From assembly GCA_004764695.1 (NCBI GenBank), contig SMSO01000034.1, forward strand, positions 3,720,001 to 3,784,000: a DNA stretch of 64,000 nt. The letters are read 5' to 3'. Position 1 is the first letter of the stretch; every line of letters starts with the position of its first letter. Source of the DNA: Schizochytrium sp. TIO01 (Eukaryota; Protista; Bigyra: Labyrinthulomycetes). Under the pieces are notes generated by a model, which searched no databases, was not told the origin of the DNA, and saw nothing but the letters and a program-made list of their open reading frames with translations. The position numbers and the translations under genes were made by a program. Below, piece by piece: positions 43,436 to 54,800 of the stretch.

Positions 43436-46400
43436 ATGAAAAACGTCCTAATCTATGCATTGATCATCGTGATTCTTGGTGTCGCCGGACAGTCTGATCA
43501 CGTTGGTACAGACACTGTAGCAACTTCTGCCGCAGAGGAACTGTATGCGACCATACCTGAGGCACTTGATGGCATTTCAGATGACTTCTATCACAACTCA
43601 AGTGTTGAAACTCAATCAACTGCTCCTTCAGGAGGCGCAGGAAGAGTAAGTGAAGACGCCAGTATCAAGTGGAAGCGCAAGGAGGTATGGCTGCAACTTG
43701 TTCCAGGGACGAATGGCGAAAACTATACCGATCTTAATGCTATCTCTGCTGCAGAACAAGAGGTTGAGACAGTGGCTGTTAACTTTTGCGAGACATATGA
43801 GCTCGATCATACTCAGTGTGAAGAGGTATCCCAGCAGATTCGCGAAAATGCGCACAAATCACCTATAGGCGACTATCGGCTTGCGCCTGCAGTGGTGGAT
43901 CGAGCACTTCATGTCGAGATGTCTCTGCGCGACCCAACGAATGGGGAAACTTCTCAGGTATCACTTCATGTTGAGATTGACCAGAACCCAATTGAGGCTA
44001 CGCAAAAGTTTTGCGACGAGAGGGGTATATCCTTGGAGAGCTGTGAGAGCCTTGCGAACCAGACATTGCAAGGGTGGAGGCTGATCAGGGAAAAATCACT
44101 GCGAGCTTTGCAAAAGCGATTTGAAATAGGCTTAAACGCTGCAAACAGACTTGGAGATGGATCCGAAATGAAGTGGTCCGATGCAATCCTGGCACAACAT
44201 CACTTATCGGAGGTGGTGCAAATGAATCCAAGCAGCTGGCAAGCCTGGTATTCTTTGGGTAACATTTACAGTTTGGCCGCGTCTGATTCTTGGTTGGCCA
44301 ATATATTTCAGGAAAAGGACTCAACGATTGTGATGAAGAAATCTTTGGCGTGCTTTGAAGAAAGTCTCAGTATTCTTAACAAGAACTTAATTCCCAATTT
44401 GGATGTGGCACGTGCCACCTTACTGGGGTTTACTGGCGTGATGCGTTTCTATGCAGATGATGTAGATCTCGGCCGGGTGCGTCTCAAAGAGGCCATCGAA
44501 ATCTCGCGAGAGAACTTTGAGGCTTATGAGCGTGATTTTGATGATCAGTCAGCAGATGAAAACTATGGTGCGCTTAGAGACTTGTGGAGAAAGAAATGGC
44601 TGAAACATGTGAAAGACTTGATGACGCTGGAGGCTAATGTGGACAATGAGTTTGCCCTGGATAAACTCATTGAGCCAGAAAGCTATATTTCCAACCTTAC
44701 AGAGCGTGAGAAGCATGCGCTCGAAATGTACCGGGTTTTGCACTTTCCCTTCGTTCTAGAAAGCTCTGAAGACATAGATGGTCGTGTTCACACAGCTGCA
44801 TTTCAAAGACTTGAGCGCCTCTTGATGAAAGTGCGCACTTCTCCAGATCGAATTGGTGATCTTGATGGATACTTTGGCTTTTACTCTGTATACTCGGGTG
44901 CCCTGGAAAATTCCGTTCAAGTTAGAGAATACAGAGACAAGCTCGGTACACTGCACCGTCTTTCGATGCCGAGTCTTAACTATGTCTCGCCCCACTTACA
45001 ACGGTTGCAAGCATTACAAGAGCAAGGTGATATGATGGACAAAAATAAAAAGTTGCGCGTAGGATTTATCTCAAGCTTCTTTTATGATCATTCTGTGGGG
45101 AAGTTGCTTTGCGGAACGATCTCTCAACTTATTGACAGGGATGAGTTCGAGGTGGTGGTAGTGTCAACTGGTAGTATGAGACATGTGGCGAAGCGCGCAG
45201 GGGCCTGCTATGAAATGTGGGGAAAGCTTATTCGTGCCGAGAGCGTTCAGGATGTGAGCTACGGGCTTGCTAAGGGCGCACATCTGGTTTTTGAAGATAC
45301 TCCAGATGGTATTTTGCAAGGCATGGGGGCTTTAGCGGACCTTGAGCTGGATGTGGCAATCTTTGGCGAAGTTGGTCTGAACTTTGCAACCTACTTTTTG
45401 TCATTTGGGCGTATAGCCCCTGTTCAAGCCGCGTTCTGGGGACATCCTCTCACGACAGGCATGGGTTCATTTTCGATGGACTACATGATTACCTCTCGGA
45501 AGTTTTTTGCAAATGAGGGAAATGTTCCTGTGGAAAAAACAGCTGACGAAAGATTGCAGCTATGCGCCTCGGAACTCCATCTTTGGAACACCACCTGGGC
45601 ACCCTTTTCAGAGAGCTTAATCTGTACAGAAACTCTAGGAACCTACTTTGCAAAGGTTCCCCAACCTAGTGATGAAGATATGACTGAGGCACGAGAGATT
45701 CTCCGCGAGGCTTTGTTGCAGAGGAACTGGACCAAATCCTTAGAGGAGACTAATCTCTACTACCTTCCTCATAAGTTGATGAAGTTCCATCCGCGAAATG
45801 ATGCTCATCTTCGTGGCATCGTTGAACGCGACCCGAATGCAATCCTTGTGTTTTCGTCTGGTGAAGATCATGCTAACCAGAACATATTCTCTGTGTATAC
45901 GCATGGACGAAGACTTTTGTTGAATCGAATGGGCATTGCACCGGAGCGTACAATTTGGCTACCTGCTTTGCCAACGCCTGTATTCTTAGCGGTAAGCAAG
46001 ATTTCTTCTGCTGTACTTGAATCGTTTGGGTCCTTTGGTAGTGGAGTTACTGCTCTCGAAATTTTTGCTCTTGGGGTTCCGATGGTTTGTATGCCGAATA
46101 ACCAACTTGTCGGACCAAGTTGCGGTGGCATGTATAAGCAGATTGCAGCCCGGTCCGAGGATAAAGATGGTGTGAAGTCCCTGGAGGCGCTTACGTGCCT
46201 TGACGAAAAGCTCAGCGTCTCATCGGATGGCAAAATCAGCTCTTGCTACATTGAAGCAGCATTGAGATTGGCAGACACATCTTCCGGCTTACGAGGGCGT
46301 GCAGGAAAGATGCTTAAGGATAGTCACATGCATTTATATGAAGACGAAGAGGCTGTTCAAGAATGGAGCGACATGCTGCTTGCTCTAGGGAGCCAGGCAC

Positions 46401-46666
46401 GGTCATTCGACTTTGCATCATCTTGGTCTGTTCCAGGGTTTTGCACGGAGTCCCAATGCTCATCTGGGGTTCAAGACGAGGATGTCAAAAGCACCGACTT
46501 GAAGGACAAACAGAGACTTGACTCATTAATGACCTCCTCAGTATGGAAAAAAGTATCACCCCCTGCACCAGGTCCTCTCCCCCGGCTGCCGAAGAAGAAT
46601 AATACCTTCATTCCACACGTTGTGCAGCTCAAAGACACTTTTAAGAACCCTGCATGGCAGAATTAA
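43436..46666 (+). CDS. GT41-family (O-GlcNAc transferase/SPINDLY-like) glycosyltransferase with TPR-like region and N-terminal signal peptide
   Basis: MKNVLIYALIIVILGVAG signal and TPR-like NPSSWQAWYSLGNIY. GT41 motifs: KLRVGFISSFFYDHSVGKL, LDVAIFGEVG, RIAPVQAAFWGHPLTTG...DYMIT, KLMKFHP, FGSGVTALEIFALGVPMV. An alternative ATG lies at 43418. Confidence 0.88.
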   Translation: MKNVLIYALIIVILGVAGQSDHVGTDTVATSAAEELYATIPEALDGISDDFYHNSSVETQSTAPSGGAGRVSEDASIKWKRKEVWLQLVPGTNGENYTDLNAISAAEQEVETVAVNFCETYELDHTQCEEVSQQIRENAHKSPIGDYRLAPAVVDRALHVEMSLRDPTNGETSQVSLHVEIDQNPIEATQKFCDERGISLESCESLANQTLQGWRLIREKSLRALQKRFEIGLNAANRLGDGSEMKWSDAILAQHHLSEVVQMNPSSWQAWYSLGNIYSLAASDSWLANIFQEKDSTIVMKKSLACFEESLSILNKNLIPNLDVARATLLGFTGVMRFYADDVDLGRVRLKEAIEISRENFEAYERDFDDQSADENYGALRDLWRKKWLKHVKDLMTLEANVDNEFALDKLIEPESYISNLTEREKHALEMYRVLHFPFVLESSEDIDGRVHTAAFQRLERLLMKVRTSPDRIGDLDGYFGFYSVYSGALENSVQVREYRDKLGTLHRLSMPSLNYVSPHLQRLQALQEQGDMMDKNKKLRVGFISSFFYDHSVGKLLCGTISQLIDRDEFEVVVVSTGSMRHVAKRAGACYEMWGKLIRAESVQDVSYGLAKGAHLVFEDTPDGILQGMGALADLELDVAIFGEVGLNFATYFLSFGRIAPVQAAFWGHPLTTGMGSFSMDYMITSRKFFANEGNVPVEKTADERLQLCASELHLWNTTWAPFSESLICTETLGTYFAKVPQPSDEDMTEAREILREALLQRNWTKSLEETNLYYLPHKLMKFHPRNDAHLRGIVERDPNAILVFSSGEDHANQNIFSVYTHGRRLLLNRMGIAPERTIWLPALPTPVFLAVSKISSAVLESFGSFGSGVTALEIFALGVPMVCMPNNQLVGPSCGGMYKQIAARSEDKDGVKSLEALTCLDEKLSVSSDGKISSCYIEAALRLADTSSGLRGRAGKMLKDSHMHLYEDEEAVQEWSDMLLALGSQARSFDFASSWSVPGFCTESQCSSGVQDEDVKSTDLKDKQRLDSLMTSSVWKKVSPPAPGPLPRLPKKNNTFIPHVVQLKDTFKNPAWQN

Positions 46667-48154
46667 AGGTTTAAAGTCGGCCGGCTTTATTTATTAATCG
46701 AGGACCAAACTAATTAAATTCAAATGAAATGAGCTTGAAAGGATAACCGCATCTGTTACATTTTCTAGTTTTAGTTTAGCACCCACCCTTTGCAAATCAA
46801 TTGCAGACTGAATTTAAATTGGGGCTCTGTGTGGCGTCATTGCTCTCAAAGTAACTATTGCAGATCAACTTCTGCAGCGAAGAGTTCTTCAAAGCAACGG
46901 ACCCTGGGGAATATCTACTTACTTTGAGAAAGCAAAGACTCAAACATGTTGTTACCTAAGCTGTGTACCACAGGTTTACTAGGAGCTATTAGTATCTGGA
47001 AAGCACAAAGTTTCTGGATACAATTAATTAGGTTTTCATCCTGTCAGCGGGAAAAAAAGAAAATTGACGAGTCTAGCGTTCGTGAGGAATGGAGTAGGTC
47101 TCTCTGAACGTGTTGTTCTTTGTGAAGAATCCTGTTCAATAATTAGGACCAAAGACAGAAGGTACTATATGCAGTCTCAGCTAGATTTAGTAAAAAATAA
47201 ATGACAAAGTCAGATTCTTGGTAAAAGTATTCAGTAATGATGGTAGTAGGCAGTGACCTACGTTCGCAGTAGCTAGTATGGAATCTTCTTTGTGCAAAGT
47301 TCCGTTCTAGGTCCCATAAACAGTGGGTAGAGTTAATGGTATTTAGGATGTTTTAAAATTGCCAGGGCCAGGGATCTTCAATTCTTTAAACATTACACGA
47401 AAATCCAACCTGAAGAGAATCATTGAATAGACCTTGGGGTCAACATCTCTAAAAGGAGCCGGACCAAGCCCTTTGAGACCATAGGTTTTCATCTGTCTCT
47501 CCTTCATGCATGTTAGAATATTGGTGAAGACACTAGGTCACTAGCATATGATAGTATGTAAAACACTATCAGGTACTGAGTCTTGCTAGATCTCGGGGTT
47601 GTCCCACCATCCCACCATTACGTTATTCCATGGTCATCTTTGGTCAATATAACTTAGTCAGGCGTATGGTTAAAATTTCAAGCGAAGCATTCGTGAGGTG
47701 ATTTGAAAAGAACAGAAGGTACGCATTTGGGACTATAATACTCTGTCTCCACTGCAGACAAAGAGATGATTTCGAAAATCTATGGAGTCTTTCGAGCTTC
47801 TGATATTTTAATGAAATAAAATAAAATAAAATAAAATACCATATGTATATATAAATATTATGATTGATTGAGAGAATCTCAGGATGTAAGACACTCTGAC
47901 ACCATGATTTGAATGATCCATTTTGAGCTGGTCAGTATTCTTGAAAGATCAAATTATTGTAAGAGCTGCTTTGGTCCATGAAGTTAATTGTGGCTGTTGT
48001 TGACTTTAAAACCTCATCTAGACGCTCAAAAGCAGCCAGCCGCATACTCATACGCTCTTATTTCGTAGCAAACGCGGCTACAATTTCGAGCCATCGCCAG
48101 ACTGAATATCTTGCTGGATTAAGTAAAAGAAAACTTGAAGAAAAGAAAAAAAGA

Positions 48155-48483
48155 ACGAATGAACGAACGAATGAATGAATGAATGAATGAATGAATGAAA
48201 AAAGATAAAATTAGATCAAATAAAAACACTCTACCTAAATTAAAAAAATATCACTCACTTCGTGAGGAAAAGCCGAAGAAATGATTGGGAAAGAGTGGAG
48301 AAATTGGGCTTTCAGATTTGTTAATCAACTGGTGAGTGCGTGAACCGAAGAACAGTAGCTCGATCAGGCCCTCTCCGTCCGCCGCAATGAATACATAAAT
48401 GAATGACTGAATAAATAAATGAATGAATAAATGAATGAATAAATGAATGAATGAATGAATGAATGAATGAATGAACGAATGAA
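48155..48483 (+). repeat. Two (GAAT)n tetranucleotide tracts (48155-48198, 48387-48483)
   Basis: Direct reading. Confidence 0.9.
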
Positions 48484-50085
48484 CCCTTTTACAGCGTCCA
48501 CTCTTCTCAACTTTGTAACCTCATGCTAAGCAAGGAAGCGTCCGCGATGTGGCTCGGAAAACTAAGTTTCGCTTATGTCTCCTTACCCCATCGCTACCGC
48601 TCTTTCGTTAGTTTCTTTTAAAGCGTCCAGCAAAACGAGGCAGAGAACTTGTTATTAAAATTTAAGGGCTCTGAGACTTCTTCTTTTCTTAAGCTCATCT
48701 TCCGGTTTTACGCGGCTTAACACGAGTGTTCCTTCTTCTGGTTAGATCGACTCCTCCATGTGCAGTTGCCACTTCGGACTAGCTAGGGAGGTACGTAGCA
48801 GGGAGGAGGCTTCTCTTCTGTCTCTTCTGGCCGCAAAAAGGTGCTGGAGGTGCCTCCCTTAATAATCATTCTTCAGAAAGCGGAAGAACCATTTCTTAAA
48901 TTTCATAGAAAGAAAGAAAGAAAGAAAGAAAGAGATACACTGTGGCACGGAAAAGAACATCCCGCAAGAAACAGATGGTCGCTTAGCGCACGTGCAGCAG
49001 CAGCAGCTGGCCTGTATGTCATCGTTAGATCATGAATAGTCAGGCTATCAACAACTTGGGCCTTGCTGAGTTGAAGTGGCAAGCAGTCGCGGCGATTGAC
49101 CCTCTTGAGGACGGAGCGCCGAAGCGGCCACCGGCTGCTCCTCTCGAGTTCGGGGTGCTTCCTTCGGCTCAGCTCCTCCCTCAAGTTTAAACTTCGTTTC
49201 TGTGCCGCAAGCACGGCACTTTTTGTTCCTGTTCTTGTTCTTGTTCTTTTTCATCGTAGTACTAACAGTTGCTGCTGTCTAAACAGCTTCGCTAACAGCT
49301 TCGCTAACAGCTTCGTCGTCGTCGTCATCAGAACAAAGGCTCCTGCGTTTCAAGGGTCTTCTACAACTTCAAGCTCGGCTACAGCTTCACGCTCGACGAC
49401 TTCACGGTGTGCACGCAGGCAAGGACGCAAGCGTAAGCAAGGACGCAGGCTAGCTTCCGCAGCCTTCCAGTGCTGCTGTTCCGTCGTCCTGATCACGAAC
49501 TAGCCGTGAATCGTGAATTGGGAACCCGGGTCCTTCGGTTGTGGGCGCAAACTAACAAGGGACCCTGCCTACCTACCTGATCAAGAGTCATGGGTCCATG
49601 CATTTCAAGATCAAGGTTCTCGCAGTCGAGCTCCTCCCCGCTGATCCTGGCAAGTCTGCCTGTAGCTTGGGTCGGCAGAAGCTGCTCGCAGGAGTTTCAC
49701 GATCGAGTTCCACAGGCTCGACTTCGAGGTTTTTCAGAGGTTGGCGAAGGCAATTAGAGCAGCTCAAGCTTTGTCGGAGCAGCTTCAACTTCCGAGGGTC
49801 CTGGAAACTGGAACCATTCATTTCAGAGGAAGAAACTATAAAGTTAAAAACGCGCACCTTTTTCATGGAGACCAGCAATCAATTGGCCAGCCCCTTTGGG
49901 TCCCCATGCGGTGCGTGAACGAAGCGTGAACGAAGCGAGGACATGCCAAAATAAGGCTTGCCAATCGAAGTCTGTCCATGGCACCCAATGCTTGCTGATG
50001 CTTACTGACCGTTCCATTTCAACCAACCACTAGTTCTTACCTAGCTAGCTAGAGTGTCGCCAATCGTTGATCGAACATGGAGAGG

Positions 50086-50617
50086 GAACGCGAGAACGCG
50101 AGAACGCGAGAACGCGAGAACGAGAGAACGGCAGCGCTACTTACGCCTCACGCCTGTATGCATGTATCTATGACCGTAGGAAGGTTCCTCCTTACTCATA
50201 GTCGAGGCCAGAGAAAGAGAAAGAGAAGAGAAAGAGAGAAGCCCTTCCTTCGTTTACTTTCTTCCTTACCTACCTATCGCATGGTAGGTAGGTGCTACTG
50301 GTTCCAATCTTCCTTCCCGTAGCGTGCCGCCACGCGACGGCTGCAGGCGTGCTGGCGTGCTGGCTGGCTGTGTGGCTGGCATTCATTACAAGCATGCAAG
50401 CGCCGCGACGCTGGCCGTGAGGCTTCGAGGCTGTGTGGCTGGCTGCGAGACCTTTCCCGCTGAGCCTTCCTGCTGTTTCCATCTGTGGCCTCCATCCAAT
50501 CAATTCATGCGCAGGAGGGAGGAGCATCTACGCAGTGCCACAAGAACGAGAGAACGAGAGGACGGGAGAACGGGAGAACGAGAGAACGAGAGAACGAAAG
50601 GACGAGAGAACGGGAGA
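50086..50617 (+). repeat. Two clusters of the 8-bp minisatellite GAGAACG(C/A/G) (about 50086-50130 and 50542-50617)
   Basis: Direct reading. Confidence 0.85.
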
Positions 50618-51319
50618 AAGAAAGAAATAAGGAAAGTAAAAGGGAACTATAATAGTAAGGCAAGAGGAACTACTATGCCTATCTCTTTCTCTTTTACTAA
50701 AATAAATTTCAATTAATTAAAAAAATTAAATCAAAATAAATAATATGTATAAAAGATGAAGAAGGGGACAAAAGGTTTTGGGCGCTCTGCTGCTTCCCAC
50801 GGGAAGTCGATGGCCTACCCGAGTGAGCTCTCTCTCTCTCTCATTCTCAAACGAAAGAAGCGTTGTCTCGAGGTCCTTCAAGTCGGAGCGATCTCTCGTA
50901 GGCAAGTTCAAGAAGCCCGCAGCAGCATTACATTTATTTGCATTCGCAATCTCCGCATGGAGCCAACCCAAAGTAAGGAGATCTCAGGCAGCGCGTCTCT
51001 CGAAAGGACGGTGTCGATGAGACGATATGCCTCAATAATCGACACATGGCGCAACAAACAAACACAATGAAGAAAGAATACATACGTACTCACACAAATG
51101 AGTCAATCTACTAAGCTGGTTCAACAGCAGGGGCGTCGCGTCTTCTGAGACACACAGAAAGAGACAGATCCAACCAAATCCATCGCTCGCTCTCGAGGCG
51201 TGCGGCGCCGCTTCTTCGCTGCAGTCCTCTTCTCTCTCTCTGTCTCTCTGTCTGTAAGTTGGTCGCTCAGTCTATTCGCTCGCTCAGGTTCTCTCGCCGG
51301 CGGAGATGAATAGCGATAG

Positions 51320-51430
51320 ATGGATAGACAGAGAGATATAGCGAAGAGAGATAGAGATGGAGAGATAGAGATATTGAGTGATCGAGAGAGAGAGATAAAG
51401 AGAGAGAGAGATAGAGAGAGGGAGAGATCA
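51320..51430 (+). repeat. GA/GAGATA purine-rich microsatellite
   Basis: Direct reading. Confidence 0.85.
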
Positions 51431-51754
51431 TCGACGGCCTGCAGCCCTGAAAAGGAGGCATGGGAGGGGCCGAAGGAAGGAGACCAGGACCTCGCCGCTT
51501 AGGGCCCTTCAAGTGAGACTCGAGACTCGAGACTCGAGGCGCCTTAATTTTGAAACGAAACCAAAGTGGAAGAAGTTCGAGGTGGCCAAACTAACCCCAA
51601 CTGAGCACAGACCGCTTCTCTCTGCTAGCGAGTACCGCTACCAGCGCTGCTTTTGCTAGCAGTGATGGCTAGCTAGCTAGGTAGGGTAGCACTGTCGTCA
51701 TTCATTTCATGGCAGTGGCTGATTATGATACCTGTACATCCATCCATCTATATA

Positions 51755-51840
51755 TCGATCGATCGATCGATTGACTGACTGACTCACTCACTCACTCACT
51801 CGCTTACCAACTCACTCGCTTACCAACTCACTCACCTACC
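51755..51840 (+). repeat. Compound (GATC)n(GACT)n(CACT)n microsatellite
   Basis: Direct reading. Confidence 0.85.
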
Positions 51841-54800
51841 ACTGGCACGCCTGAAGGAAGAAGCAGGCAGGAGCTCTTCCTGCTAAGCGCTACGAGGCAG
51901 AGCAGCACACGGCAGGCAGCGCAGGCCTCTCAGGTGCGACGACTCACAGGCCGCCCGCCGCCTCAAGGAATCGGTCGCTCAGGCAAGCAGAGGGGGAGTG
52001 GAGGTGAGACGGTCGGCAGCCAGCCAAACCAGCGATGGATCGGTCGGGGGGCCAGTTCAACTCCATCAGCAGCATTGGCGGCAGCAGCATTGGCGGCAGC
52101 AGCAGTCGTAGCAGAGGAACCATCGATTTTTCGACTTGATTGCGGCTCCTGAGAAGAGCAGCCACATACATAGATAGATGCGTAGATACATACTATTTAC
52201 TTACTACTGGTTTCTTTCCTTTATGCCTACATTCGCTCCTACTTACGTACCGTAGGAAATAGGTAGTACTATGGAGTGTTCGAGCTGAGGAGGGGGCTCC
52301 GCAGAGAGTGAGGGAGAGGGAGGGAGAGGGGGACCTCACAAAGCAGCAAGCTGTGGATGAGAGAGGGGGACCCGCCGTGAGAGTGGGAAAAGGCCAGCTC
52401 TGAAGACACCCGCGGTCGGAAACACTAGCTCTGTCTCCACTGGACAGGGTTTTCTTGTTGGGGGTTCCTCAGACTCAAAAGCTTCTTCAGCGAAGGTGGT
52501 CGAGATACTCGGGACCTACACTGTCTCTCTTGCTTCAGGAACTCACTGTGGGAAAGTGAGAAACCCGTAGCCCTCACACTGAGCTTTTGAATTTTTATTT
52601 CGAAATAAATCGACTTCCTTCCGACAAACCAAACTTTGGACAAAGAAATAAAACTTTCAAAGAAAATAAAATATTGAAGAAAGATTCATTTGACTTTTAT
52701 TCTCTAGCTAGCTAGAGCTAGCAGGAAGGATAATTGCTGCCTCAAATAGGTACCATGCTCCTGCAGAGGAATTCGCTAAGAAAACTTCTCGTGCTTTCTT
52801 TTCTTTTTTTCTATATGCAGACGGAGGTAGTAGTAGTAGGTACGTAGGTCCTCCTCAGCTAGCCTTATCAAACCAGAGATCTATAAGAGGAGTTACGCAG
52901 TGCTGCACCGATGATTGAGCACAGAAAGTGAAGAAGCTCTGCAGATTTTTATTTTATTAAAAAAAAAGTACGTGATTGGGAGGATAAGGCGCCTCAATCG
53001 ATGAGTCAATCTGTCAATTGACATCTGAACGGCTGCGAATGCGAATGCGAATGTGTGTGTGTGAAAGAGAGAGAGAGAGAAGCACTCACACACAGAGAGA
53101 GAGGACTCCATTGCAATATTTGGCATGTAAAAACATGAAAACGAATTGAGCACAAGCCTTGAGTTTAATTTAATTTGTTCACATAATGCTGAGTGTCTCT
53201 CTCACAAGTCAGAATTAATGGGTTAGACTCTTTTAGCAGCCTGAGTAAGAACTCAAGCCAGAACAACCATTTACTCAGCCCTGGCCGAGTGAAGGAGAAT
53301 ACAAGCCTGTTACTTGAATGAAAGGAGGCCCTTACTTGCTTACCTATCCACCTACGATTGCCTGAGTGAGCGGTTGAACAAATGAATGAATGAATGAATG
53401 AATGAGTGAGTGAGTGAATGTACGCGAATGAATGGATATGAGTGGATAGGAACGCGAGTCGTGCTGCTCTCAACAAGAACGGCCATCTCCTGCCTTCCCT
53501 TTAGCCGGAGTCAGCTTTGCACTGCGAAAATTGGATTTCAATCTTTGTGCCGTACTCCGCCTTCTTTACTGTTCTGAAAAACGTGGCTTCTTCTCTTTCC
53601 TCTTCGCCAAGCGCAGGCAATCCAAGGAGTGAGTGCATAGTGCATGTGGATTCAACTTTGGTTTGCGTGAAAAGATCTTCTCAAGAAGATCGATCTTCTT
53701 CTCTCTCAGATGAACGAAAGATCAATCAGGTGTCGTCTTGCAAGCAGAAATCCACATCTCCCGCGACTCGACTCAGAGGATGTCTTGAAGATCACTCCTT
53801 CCTCAGGCCTGCGCAATCCCGCCCAACTGAGAACCTCCTCCAAGCCAAGCAAGCTTATGCTTGAAAGCCTGAACTTGAGTTGGGCTTGACAGCAATCAAA
53901 CTCAGCTCAAGCCGGGACTTGGAATTATTTGATGGACGCTGTGGCGTGAAGGCCGCCCGGGAGCGCCTCCGAGTCAGCAGACGGATGGGAGGCGAAGGCG
54001 TTAGCTACAGATGGGTGGATAGACAGGCAGATATAGAGAGATAGAGATAGAGAGAAAATGGATGGGGAAATAGATAGATCATCAATCAACCAATTATCAA
54101 TCAATCAATCAATCAATCGATCAATCCATTCTGAGTGACAGCCCAATAGCTAGGAAGCTACTAGATGGTCAACTAGCCAAAGAACTACCTGACTGGAGCT
54201 CTTTGGCGGCGTTATCGCTGCGACGCTCCAAGATTCGAGCGTGCATTTGTATGTTTGGTCCTATCTCAGACTTGGATTGAGAGTTATGAGTAAGTGAGGA
54301 AGTAAGTACCTTCCTACTTGACTTACTTACCTACCTACCTGCGTATTTGCCTATTTCCCGACTAGCGCAATACCCATCTTAGAAAGAATGAAAAGGGATT
54401 TCAACCTCGAATAAGCACTCCGAAGTGTCGCGAGATGGTGTTCTTCTTCTCGCATCAGCAAGCAGGCTTTCAATGAAAGCACTCGCTTAAGATCTTCCGT
54501 TGCCTGGAGCTTGAATAAAAGCCACAGCCTGCCTAGATACATCAACCAGTTGATTTTAATAAATAAATAAACAAATATAAATAGATAAATAGATAAATTA
54601 ATTGATTAATTGATTAACCGGTTTACCAATTGAATGCATTTGTTGGTTGGGTGGTTCACTCCAAGCTATTCATCCTTCTCTGGCGGTGCTCACTCCGTTA
54701 TTTCACTCAGTAGTTCACACTCTCTACCTCGCACTAACTCCTCTGCGGCAGACAGGCTACGGCAGTCACCTCCCTCGCTAGCCAACCGCATTGTCCGCGT

